From: a virus
Lineage: Duplodnaviria > Caudoviricetes
Length of the DNA stretch: 30,796 nt
IMG/VR virus record: IMGVR_UViG_3300016476_001223
Span: 1-30,796 of that record
Direction: 5' to 3' (one strand)
Below, one piece after another: positions 8,199 through 16,074 of this stretch. A program made the position numbers and the translations under genes. The stretch's first letter is position 1. The number at the start of each line of letters is the position of its first letter. The notes under the pieces are model-generated. The model saw only the letters and a list, made by a program, of their open reading frames with translations. It had not been told where the DNA came from and ran no database searches.

Positions 8199-8582
8199 AT
8201 GAATAAAGAAACATTAAAAGAAGTAAAAAAAGCACTACACAAACTTAGTGATTTAGAATCTAAAGCATTTAATTTGCCCACGATTGATCAATATATGGAT
8301 GAAATGCATAGAATATGGGAATTAAAAAAACCATTACTATTCCAAAAATATAAATTAGAAGAAATAGTTTTCGGAGATGAAATTGATAAATCTAGTGATT
8401 TAATGACTTTAAAAGAATTTGTTAATTGTTGTACTAGCGGTGGTTTTATTGATTATGATGGAAATGGATATTATGCTAGTGCCACTCATGAAAGTAATAT
8501 CCCCGCAATACCTAGTATGATAACTAGTAAAATGATTTTGGATAACCCACTCCTAACTCATGTTGTTTGGTATAACAAATAA
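8199..8582 (+). CDS. hypothetical protein
   Basis: 127-aa ORF with GGFIDYDGNGYYA and THVVWYNK. Confidence 0.75.
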   Translation: MNKETLKEVKKALHKLSDLESKAFNLPTIDQYMDEMHRIWELKKPLLFQKYKLEEIVFGDEIDKSSDLMTLKEFVNCCTSGGFIDYDGNGYYASATHESNIPAIPSMITSKMILDNPLLTHVVWYNK

Positions 8583-8596
8583 TTAATAACAATATT

Positions 8597-8818
8597 ATGA
8601 CTGAATTAGAAAAAGCAGCATCAAGATTTGCTTGTGGGTGGGGTGAAAATGATGATGAAAAATCATTTTTATCTGGTGCTAAATGGCAATCAGAAAGGAT
8701 GTATAGTGAAGAAGAAGTTCAATCTCTATTGCATAAATTTATGCAATCAGAACAAAAAGATTGGCATTTTTATTCAACAATCAAATGGTTTGAAGAAAAT
8801 AAAAAAATAAGTTTTTAA
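8597..8818 (+). CDS. modular hypothetical phage protein
   Basis: LEKAA...GAKWQSERMYSEEEV...WFEENKK. Confidence 0.7.
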   Translation: MTELEKAASRFACGWGENDDEKSFLSGAKWQSERMYSEEEVQSLLHKFMQSEQKDWHFYSTIKWFEENKKISF

Positions 8819-8821
8819 AAT

Positions 8822-9514
8822 ATGATACCAAAAGCAAAATATGAAAAAATTATTCAGATGATATCTGAAGGTTATGCTTATAAGGATATTGCAAAAAAAA
8901 TTAAAGTTGCTTATACAACCATTTGTAATATATCCATAAAAAATGGTATGAGAAGAAATACTAGATATGATAAAGAAGAAGCAATCAAAATAATAGAAAG
9001 CATTCACTTAGATATTAAAAATGGTATTTCATATAAAGAGCTTCTAACTAAACATGATCTAACAAACAAAAAAAAGTTGCATACACTCTATAGATTCGGA
9101 TTGGAACCAATAACGCAAATATATAAGCCAATACGTGATGATAAGATTAAAGAATTGTATAAGGTGAAATTGGCAAGAGAAGTTGTAAGCTCAGAAGATA
9201 AAGAACTAAACAACCCTGAAAGAATTGCGTCTGCACATTATGTATATATAATCAATAGAGAAGTTGGGGGCGAAAGAAAATTTCCCAAAATAGGAAGTAG
9301 ATTCCATGGAGGAAACTTTGAAGATAAAAAAATATTGAAATATATCCAAAAGAAAAGAGATAAAGATAATTGGACTTTTAAACAAATAGCAGACAAACTA
9401 AATGCTATGGGTAAAAAAACAGTAATGGGAGTTAACTTTTCTGACTATCTTGTAAGATACAAATATTTGCATTACAATAAAGTTAAAGGCAAAAAAAAAG
9501 ATTATATAAAATAA
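8822..9514 (+). CDS. putative DNA-binding protein (HTH plus recombinase-type DNA-binding motif)
   Basis: N-terminal GYAYKDIAKKIKVAYTTI HTH; C-terminal TFKQIADKLNAMGKKT; very basic. Confidence 0.6.
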   Translation: MIPKAKYEKIIQMISEGYAYKDIAKKIKVAYTTICNISIKNGMRRNTRYDKEEAIKIIESIHLDIKNGISYKELLTKHDLTNKKKLHTLYRFGLEPITQIYKPIRDDKIKELYKVKLAREVVSSEDKELNNPERIASAHYVYIINREVGGERKFPKIGSRFHGGNFEDKKILKYIQKKRDKDNWTFKQIADKLNAMGKKTVMGVNFSDYLVRYKYLHYNKVKGKKKDYIK

Positions 9515-9519
9515 AGTAA

Positions 9520-9918
9520 TTATTTATATTGAACAATGAGTTTTCCTTCTTCTTTAATTACTTCATAGCCTCTTCTTTTTATAAAATATTCAATTACATT
9601 ATTAAGACTATTAAGTTCGCATAGCTCAAATCCAAGTTTTCCTTGGTAGTTTTTTTCTTCAGCCCATTTTTCAATAGAGTTTAACATAAATTTAAAAACT
9701 TTATAAGATCCAATTTCCCAAGTTATTGGATAAAAAAATAATGTACCATGTCTTGAGCAGAATAATTTAACTCCATCTTTTTCATAGCAAATTATTTTCA
9801 TAGAAGGTGCAAATTCAGGAACATCAATCTCAAAATTTTTTCCAACACCTGTTTGTGGGTATCTTTTTATGTTTATTATTTCCCACTTCTTCTCTAAATT
9901 TTTATTGTAATTTCCCAT
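9520..9918 (-). CDS. hypothetical protein
   Basis: 132-aa ORF in a two-gene inverted block. Confidence 0.65.
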   Translation of the reverse strand: MGNYNKNLEKKWEIINIKRYPQTGVGKNFEIDVPEFAPSMKIICYEKDGVKLFCSRHGTLFFYPITWEIGSYKVFKFMLNSIEKWAEEKNYQGKLGFELCELNSLNNVIEYFIKRRGYEVIKEEGKLIVQYK

Positions 9919-10411
9919 TTAATAGTTTTTTTGATATTAAAAAAATATTATAATCAGTAATTTCTTTCATTCTATATCTAATAAATTTATCAAGAGCAAA
10001 ATTATTAACCATCTTATCAAACATCTTATCTCTTACACTAGAATTTGGAACATACGAAATAACTTCAACATTATTATCTTCTATAAACTTTAAAATAATT
10101 CCAGCTATAAATCTTATTATTTCTATGGGATTACCAAAGTTGGTTTTAACATTATAAGTTCTAATTCCATTTTCTATAATACCAAAATCAATTATGTATT
10201 TTTTATTTGCATTATTAATTATGTTAAGTATTTTTTTATCTCCAACCATATATTCTGTTGTTAAATTAAAAGGAGTTATGTTAACATAATATTCTATATT
10301 ATTATATGTAAATGTAAATAAGCCATTGTCTTCTTTTAATCCGTCAGGAATACTAAAAGAATCAAAAATTTCTTCTAATGTATCTCTAATAATTTTAATC
10401 GCTTTACTCAT
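9902..10411 (-). CDS. hypothetical protein
   Basis: 169-aa ORF in a two-gene inverted block. Confidence 0.7.
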   Translation of the reverse strand: MSKAIKIIRDTLEEIFDSFSIPDGLKEDNGLFTFTYNNIEYYVNITPFNLTTEYMVGDKKILNIINNANKKYIIDFGIIENGIRTYNVKTNFGNPIEIIRFIAGIILKFIEDNNVEVISYVPNSSVRDKMFDKMVNNFALDKFIRYRMKEITDYNIFLISKKLLNGKLQ

Positions 10412-10462
10412 TAATATTTTTTATTTAAATATAAACATAAATTATTTTAATTAAAATGTTTT

Positions 10463-10489
10463 TGAAACCTTTTTTTTCTTATCTTCGTA
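10463..10489 (+). promoter_or_regulatory. ECF-type promoter
   Basis: TGAAAC-N17-CGTA upstream of ORF 10512. Confidence 0.6.
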
Positions 10490-10511
10490 CAATGGAATAA
10501 AATAAGTTGAT

Positions 10512-11015
10512 ATGAAAGCAAAATTAATTAAAGTAAATGACATTTATCGTTTAATTAACGATAATAATTCAATAATTGGTACAACTGATTTAGAATATCA
10601 AAAAGCTTTTTCTGATGTTTGTTTTTTATTATCTACCAAAAATTGTGAAGCAATTGAAAATGGTTATGATTTGGATGAGTTGGTAGACGAAATGCTAGAA
10701 AAAGCACAAACACCCCATAAACTTATTAGTCCAAGTACATTTAGAAGTGGTATAATCAAAGGTTTCCAAAAAGCACTTGAAATTCTTGGTGATAAGAAGT
10801 TTAGTGAGGAAGACATGGTTAAAATGTTTTTTAATGGCAGAGAATCTTTAGATAAAGCATTAGTTACTGTACAAGAAGCAAAAAGTGTTATCCAATCACT
10901 ACAACAAACTGAATGGGGTGTTGAGATTGAGATGGATATTTGTGGTGATAAAGTATATGCTGTACCAGAACCAGTTTTAGATGAAAATGGTTGTTTAATT
11001 TTAAAAAGGAAATAA
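10512..11015 (+). CDS. modular paralog family, copy 3
   Basis: Same conserved blocks; 47 nt (10761-10807) identical to 12061-12107. Confidence 0.85.
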   Translation: MKAKLIKVNDIYRLINDNNSIIGTTDLEYQKAFSDVCFLLSTKNCEAIENGYDLDELVDEMLEKAQTPHKLISPSTFRSGIIKGFQKALEILGDKKFSEEDMVKMFFNGRESLDKALVTVQEAKSVIQSLQQTEWGVEIEMDICGDKVYAVPEPVLDENGCLILKRK

Positions 11016-11127
11016 CATAAATGGAACATTAATTTTAGAATTGTTTATCATACCGAATACAACAAGAATTGTGATCGGTCACTCACATGGTCATTGGACA
11101 GATATTTAATTTAAAAAAGAAAATAAC

Positions 11128-11370
11128 GTGGAAGATAACATAGAAGAAATAAGACAGAAAAAGTGCGAGAGAATAAATGAATTGTGCGAAGAAAAAAATG
11201 TAGAGATTCAAGATGATTATTTTACAGACATATTCAATGAGGGTGGAACATTAAATGAAATCTTTAGAGTAATGAGTTCAAGAGGATTTGAAACAAACCC
11301 AGAACTTATAGATGAAACTCTTGATGAGATCATAGAACAACTAGAAGCCTATCAACCTAAATGTTTGTAA
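11128..11370 (+). CDS. acidic hypothetical protein
   Basis: 80-aa ORF with a GTG start after an A-rich leader. Confidence 0.6.
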   Translation: MEDNIEEIRQKKCERINELCEEKNVEIQDDYFTDIFNEGGTLNEIFRVMSSRGFETNPELIDETLDEIIEQLEAYQPKCL

Positions 11371-11391
11371 CTTTTTTTATTCATCGTCGTA
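11366..11391 (+). promoter_or_regulatory. ECF-type promoter
   Basis: TGTAAC-N16-CGTA; the nearest such promoter upstream of the gene run ending in the Cas12f-like gene. Confidence 0.75.
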
Positions 11392-11413
11392 TAATATAAT
11401 AAAATAAGTTTAT

Positions 11414-11506
11414 ATGAAAGCAATATTAATAGCATTAGGTATCTTATTATCAACCTGTCTTGTTATTATAGCTTATGCTATGGTTATGGATTATATAAAT
11501 CATTGA
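11414..11506 (+). CDS. single-TM microprotein (30 aa)
   Basis: MKAILIALGILLSTCLVIIAYAMVMDYINH directly after the promoter. Confidence 0.6.
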   Translation: MKAILIALGILLSTCLVIIAYAMVMDYINH

Positions 11507-11509
11507 ATT

Positions 11510-11788
11510 ATGAATAAAGAAACAATAGAAGAAGCTGCTGAAAATAATAAAAAAATTGAAGATTATTATCTAGGTAAAACATTGAAACTAAAAAAGAGAA
11601 TTCCGAGTAGATATTATCAAACTTCACTACTAGAATCAGAAACTATTAAAATTGATAAATTTATAGATAGTGAAGTGGAAGGATGTAGAATTGCAGTGGG
11701 TTATAAAAATGGTTTTGAATTTTTATTATTTAATACAACTCATGTAGATTCATATATGAAAGGACTATATTATTTAATTAATGAATAA
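11510..11788 (+). CDS. hypothetical protein
   Basis: 92-aa ORF starting MNKETIEEAAE. Confidence 0.65.
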   Translation: MNKETIEEAAENNKKIEDYYLGKTLKLKKRIPSRYYQTSLLESETIKIDKFIDSEVEGCRIAVGYKNGFEFLLFNTTHVDSYMKGLYYLINE

Positions 11789-11817
11789 ATGATTATATCA
11801 ATTTAAAAAGAAATAAT

Positions 11818-12309
11818 ATGAAATATAAATTAATTAAAACAACAAAAGGATATTCTTTGTTAGATAGTGCAGAAGATGTAATTGCAACAACCCAAGATAA
11901 ACCTAATGAAGTTATAAAATACCAGCTATCATTGAAAAATTGTGAAGCAATTGAGAATGGTTATGATTTAGATCAGTTGGGAATGGATTATGCTTCAACT
12001 ATATATGACGGCAGAACCGAATCAATACGCTTTAATGGTGCTCACATTGATTTTATGAAAGGTTTCCAAAAAGCACTTGAAATTCTTGGTGATAAGAAGT
12101 TTAGTGAAGGTGATATGCTTGAATGTTGGAATACTGCTGCACAAACAATTTCTATTTCTTGGGTTAATTTTATGGAATCAATAGAACCAAATGAATGGGA
12201 TGTCGAAATAGTCACCAGACCTTATACTGAAGTAGGTGAAGGTTTTGTTCTTAAAGAAAAAAGAGAGCCAAAATTAGATGATAATGGTTGCTTAATTTTA
12301 AAAAGATGA
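11818..12309 (+). CDS. modular paralog family, copy 4
   Basis: Same conserved blocks; ends PKLDDNGCLILKR. Confidence 0.85.
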   Translation: MKYKLIKTTKGYSLLDSAEDVIATTQDKPNEVIKYQLSLKNCEAIENGYDLDQLGMDYASTIYDGRTESIRFNGAHIDFMKGFQKALEILGDKKFSEGDMLECWNTAAQTISISWVNFMESIEPNEWDVEIVTRPYTEVGEGFVLKEKREPKLDDNGCLILKR

Positions 12310-12520
12310 GTTAATATTTGAAACCGAAAAAGAATGTATTGATTATTTGAAAGATCAAATATTATGGATATTGAGAGGCGAAGGGTATAAAGGAGTAAGA
12401 GATGTAAAAATGAAACAAGCACATAAAAAAGTTTGGTATAAATGAAATTAATGATATCCAATCACCACGACCAACTGAATGAGATGTTGAGAAAATGTAT
12501 AAAAATAAATAAGATATAAT

Positions 12521-13840
12521 ATGAGCCAAAATACTTTAACAACAAGAAAGATTGAAATCTACGTTTCAGAATCAGATAAGGATTTAAGAAAAGAATATTA
12601 TAAGACTCTTAGAAATTGGTCATACATTTCCAGGAACTACGCCAATGATACAATTAATGCCCTTCAATCTTCTTTCTTCTTAGATAATATAACTAAGGAT
12701 TCAAATGAAGAGAATAAAAAAGCTCTAACAGAATATCTAGGAATTAAAAAAATGGGTATGGGATATAAAATCCTTGCAAATAAATATAAGGAACATTTAC
12801 CATCATACTTTAGGTCTGCAATAAACTCATTTGTATATAAGAACTTCTCAGAATCTATTAGAGATGTGCTTAGAGGAGATTCATCTGTTACTTCATTCAA
12901 GAAAGACTTCCCATTGCTATTCGATAGTCGTTCAATTAGAAATCTTTCAATAGATGATAAAGGAGGTTCATTTGAATTCTCCGCAATTCCATTTAGATTT
13001 GTTTTCGGTAGAGATAAATCTAATAATAAATCTATAGTCGAAAAAATAACAACAGGAGAATATAAGATGTCAAACTCATCTTTCAAGTTTATAGATAATA
13101 AACTATTCTTCTTTCTTACTGTATCAATTCCAAAAGAAAAGTTTGAACTAGATGAGAATAAAACCCTAGGAGTTGATTTAGGTATTGCAAACCCAGCTTA
13201 TGTATCTATCAATAATGATAAACACTTTAAACAAGCAATAGGAAGTACAGACGCTTTCTTACATACAAGACTCGCAATTCAAAAAAGTAGAAAGTCCCTC
13301 CAAAAAAATCTTACACATACCAAAGGAGGTAGAGGAAGAAATCATAAATTGGATAAACTAAATGATATAGGATCCAAAGAAAGAAACTTCGCCAAGACAA
13401 TGAATCATTCTTGGTCAAAACAAATTATTGAAGCTGCAGTAAAAAATAAATGTGGGACAATAAACATAGAAGATCTTAAGGGTATAGGAAGAGATGAAAA
13501 GAATTCATTCGTTCTTAGAAACTGGTCTTACTTTGAATTGCAAACAATGATTCAGTATAAGGCTGATAGAGCTGGAATAAAAGTTAATATGGTTAATCCT
13601 AAGTATAGCTCTCAAAGATGCTCAAGCTGTGGATTTATTCACGAGGATAATAGAATATCTCAGTCAAAGTTTATATGCCTAGAATGTAAGACGGAAATGA
13701 ATGCTGACTATAATGCTTCTAAGAATATATCTATAGCTCACACCAAAGAGTATGTAAAGGAAATTGAAAATCATTCTAAGGCTATAGAGAAATTGAAAAA
13801 ATTAAATAAGGAAGAAAAAAATGTAGAAGAAATGTTGTAG
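12521..13840 (+). CDS. cas12f: Cas12f-like (type V-F / TnpB-family) RNA-guided nuclease
   Basis: 439 aa; RuvC-I GVDLG, RuvC-II IEDL, NWSYFELQTMIQYKA helix, Zn-finger CSSC...CLEC, RuvC-III NADYNASKNI; CRISPR array 210 nt downstream. Confidence 0.85.
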   Translation: MSQNTLTTRKIEIYVSESDKDLRKEYYKTLRNWSYISRNYANDTINALQSSFFLDNITKDSNEENKKALTEYLGIKKMGMGYKILANKYKEHLPSYFRSAINSFVYKNFSESIRDVLRGDSSVTSFKKDFPLLFDSRSIRNLSIDDKGGSFEFSAIPFRFVFGRDKSNNKSIVEKITTGEYKMSNSSFKFIDNKLFFFLTVSIPKEKFELDENKTLGVDLGIANPAYVSINNDKHFKQAIGSTDAFLHTRLAIQKSRKSLQKNLTHTKGGRGRNHKLDKLNDIGSKERNFAKTMNHSWSKQIIEAAVKNKCGTINIEDLKGIGRDEKNSFVLRNWSYFELQTMIQYKADRAGIKVNMVNPKYSSQRCSSCGFIHEDNRISQSKFICLECKTEMNADYNASKNISIAHTKEYVKEIENHSKAIEKLKKLNKEEKNVEEML

Positions 13841-13857
13841 GTCTAATTATTTATTCC

Positions 13858-13900
13858 TACATTTGTATACATAAGATTGAAACAAGAAAACGTTCTTTGA
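13858..13900 (+). promoter_or_regulatory. host-type promoter plus boxA-like element for tracrRNA/array
   Basis: TACATTTG (13858-13865, TAnnTTTG) followed by CGTTCTTTGA (13891-13900); the same arrangement precedes the tRNA cluster. Confidence 0.65.
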
Positions 13901-13913
13901 TATTTTGACTTTA

Positions 13914-14034
13914 ATGTCGGGCTGGTTGGACAGCCTTAAGCTGAGGTGAATCTCAAAAAAAATACAATGTAAGATAATTGATTGTATTGTTATTCGCACT
14001 CGGTAAATACCTTTTTATTTTTATTGCCTGACAT
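13914..14034 (+). ncRNA. putative tracrRNA / scaffold RNA
   Basis: GGCTG-[GTTGGA]-CAGCC hairpin whose loop complements the repeat end TCCAAC/T; stem 13941-13951/13992-14003; inner stem 13961-13968/13981-13988; ATACCTTT (14007-14014) complements repeat AAAGGTAT; ends approximate. Confidence 0.7.
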
Positions 14035-14050
14035 ATGATTTTTAATTTAT

Positions 14051-14282
14051 GTTGGTATTTATCTTAATTTGAAAGGTATATCCAACCGTAATAGCTTCTG
14101 TTCCTATATTTTATTGTTGGGAGTTATCCTAATTTGAAAGGTATATCCAATGGTTATTCTGATGTTCGTTCAGTTGAGAAGTTGGGAGTTATACTAATTT
14201 GAAAGGTATATCCAATTCCTTAATCCTATTTCTCTCCATTTGAGCAATTGAGAGTTATCCTAATTTGAAAGGTATATCCAAT
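14051..14282 (+). CRISPR. mini CRISPR array, 4 repeats (36 nt) and 3 spacers (29, 29, 30 nt)
   Basis: Repeats at 14051, 14116, 14181 and 14247; consensus GTTGGGAGTTATCCTAATTTGAAAGGTATATCCAAT; the 21-nt core TAATTTGAAAGGTATATCCAA is invariant; spacers are unique. Confidence 0.95.
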
Positions 14283-14465
14283 ATTTAGATACCCTAACAT
14301 ATGGGGGGAGAGTTTAATATTCACCCCTAAATAATATGTTAGATTAAACCCCTTAGTTTTGGGGGGAGAGTTTACTTTTTAATGAATAAATTCTTATAAT
14401 AATTCTGTATAGTTTTTTTAATTAATTACCCTATTTAACAAACCCCTTTGGGGAGAGTTTAATTA

Positions 14466-14863
14466 GTGGTAATTTGTGGGTGAAAATGTAGGTAAAAATA
14501 TAGTCAAAATTATGTGCTATTTTTATACAAAATTTTATCAAATAATTGTTGATAAAATTGATGTGTAAATTTGTGGTAATTTGTGGGAGGTTTTAGAGCT
14601 GTTTTTGAGCTTTTTTAATGCCATTTTGATAGAGTTATCCACACTTGTTGATAACTATTAATTAGTTAATTGGTTGATTATCAGAAAGAAACGCAGATTT
14701 TAGTCGCTTTTTGTATATAAAAAATTTCAACCCTGTTCTGTAGACATTTTCCCCCACAAACTCCCACCAAAATTTTGACCAACGATATTTTTAATCAATT
14801 GTTGGTTGAGCCCTCAAAAGCAATAATTTGCCCTCACGGATCACATTCATAATCAGTAAGTTG
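14466..14863. other. candidate replication-origin-like region
   Basis: TTATCCACA 14635-14643; TGTTGATAA 14547-14555 and 14646-14654; TTATACAAA 14523-14531; GTGGTAATTTGTGGG at 14466 and 14573; IHF-like matches at 14667-14679 (minus) and 14851-14863. Confidence 0.45.
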
Positions 14864-14932
14864 CAAAAAAGTTTTATAAAATTTGGAAAATAGAAAAGTA
14901 TATAAGATAATTTTTGTGGGGGTTTAATTTGA

Positions 14933-14948
14933 TGTTTCAAGTGGAACA
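14933..14948. other. parS-like site
   Basis: TGTTTCAAGTGGAACA, one mismatch from the parS sequence TGTTTCACGTGGAACA. Confidence 0.45.
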
Positions 14949-15121
14949 AATCATTGGGGGTTTTTGGCATAGTAAACCAGGGTCAGAATTGACTAGCAAT
15001 TTGACAAGATAAAAAACAAGAAAAAAGAGTCCCTCACACGTTACCTTTTGGTTGTGTCAAGATAGCATAAAAATCATGCTTTGAGGGTTTATATTTGGGG
15101 GTTTATTTTTTTATTTTTTTT

Positions 15122-15446
15122 TTAAGTTTTCTTTATTTGTTTTTCTATAACAATGTGGGGGGATCTAAATAGATTCTACCTCCTTATATATATAATACGA
15201 CTATGCCCCCCAAATGTTACAGGGGCTATAAAAATATAATTGCAAAACTTAAAAAAAAAGATAATTATTTTTTTTATTTTTTAAAAAAATATTTTTAAGT
15301 TCTACCAGAAAAACTTTCTATAAGTTGGCTTTTGGGGGGGCGTGAAATAAATTTTGGGGGTTGAGCCAACCTATAGAAAAAAATACCCCCAAAACTTAAA
15401 TTAATTTTTTTTTAAGTTCTTGCTAGAAAAATTTCTATAGGTTGGC
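15122..15446. promoter_or_regulatory. cluster of TTAAGT-N16-TCTATA motifs plus one ECF-type promoter
   Basis: Motif at 15122(+), 15295(+), 15372(-) and 15412(+); ECF-type promoter at 15196-15221(-). Confidence 0.65.
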
Positions 15447-15493
15447 GTTTGGGGATTTATATTTTATCAACATTAAGTTGATAACTATAATAT

Positions 15494-15766
15494 TTATGAT
15501 CTCAACAAAGAAATGCTTTCTCCTTCTTGTAGGTCGTTTTTTACTGAGTGTATATTAATTATTCTATATGTATATATTCCTACTTGTTCCCAGGTTTCTT
15601 TTCTGAGTTGTTGTTTTCGATTATTATCTAGATATATGATTGTTTGTTCTGAATAATCATTTTCTCTGTTGTATTTTTCTTTTAATACAAATCTGTCTAG
15701 TTTGTCTTTTAGGTTTGTTATTTGTTTGTTTTCTGTGAGTCCTATATAAATTTGTTTATTATTCAT
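15494..15766 (-). CDS. hypothetical protein
   Basis: 90-aa ORF; shares C-terminal LQEGE with its neighbour. Confidence 0.55.
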   Translation of the reverse strand: MNNKQIYIGLTENKQITNLKDKLDRFVLKEKYNRENDYSEQTIIYLDNNRKQQLRKETWEQVGIYTYRIINIHSVKNDLQEGESISLLRS

Positions 15767-15972
15767 TTGACTTTAATTTTTATTGGTGTTTTAAAATATA
15801 GTTGCTCTCCTTCTTGTAGACCATCTTTAAAGTAATACGAATAAAGTAGAGAGTAGTTTCCTGTTTTTTTATATTCGAAATCTACTTCAGTTTGGACGAC
15901 AGATATTGCTCCATTTAAAACTGTGGATTTTTGTCTGTTGTTTGCAATTTTATTTTTATCTATTTCCAGCAT
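15763..15972 (-). CDS. hypothetical protein
   Basis: 69-aa ORF with an ATGA overlap to the next gene. Confidence 0.55.
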   Translation of the reverse strand: MLEIDKNKIANNRQKSTVLNGAISVVQTEVDFEYKKTGNYSLLYSYYFKDGLQEGEQLYFKTPIKIKVK

Positions 15973-16074
15973 ATATAATTTTTTATCCTGGCATTTTTAT
16001 AACAAACCCCCAAAAGGTTTTTACGCCAAATTGGGGGTTGTTGTTATAGTTAACAGTTTAGTTGTGTATTTTGT

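Noticed and set aside
1840-12309. Diversity-generating retroelement
   Set aside because: No reverse transcriptase in the window and no template/variable repeat pair with adenine-specific differences.
12305-12445. Open frame DELIFETEKECIDYLKDQILW... upstream of the Cas12f-like gene
   Set aside because: It begins just after an in-frame stop with no good start; it may be a gene remnant, but this cannot be supported from sequence alone.
12521-13840. Plain IS605/IS607 TnpB transposon
   Set aside because: No TnpA or recognisable IS ends; a regularly spaced repeat-spacer array with a matching anti-repeat follows the gene.
14303-14460. GGGAGAGTTT copies as additional degenerate CRISPR repeats
   Set aside because: They lack the invariant 21-nt repeat core, are irregularly spaced, and the motif recurs across the right arm.
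15178-15185. Perfect Shine-Dalgarno AAGGAGGT on minus downstream of the 15196 promoter
   Set aside because: No start codon at a suitable distance, so no ORF was called.
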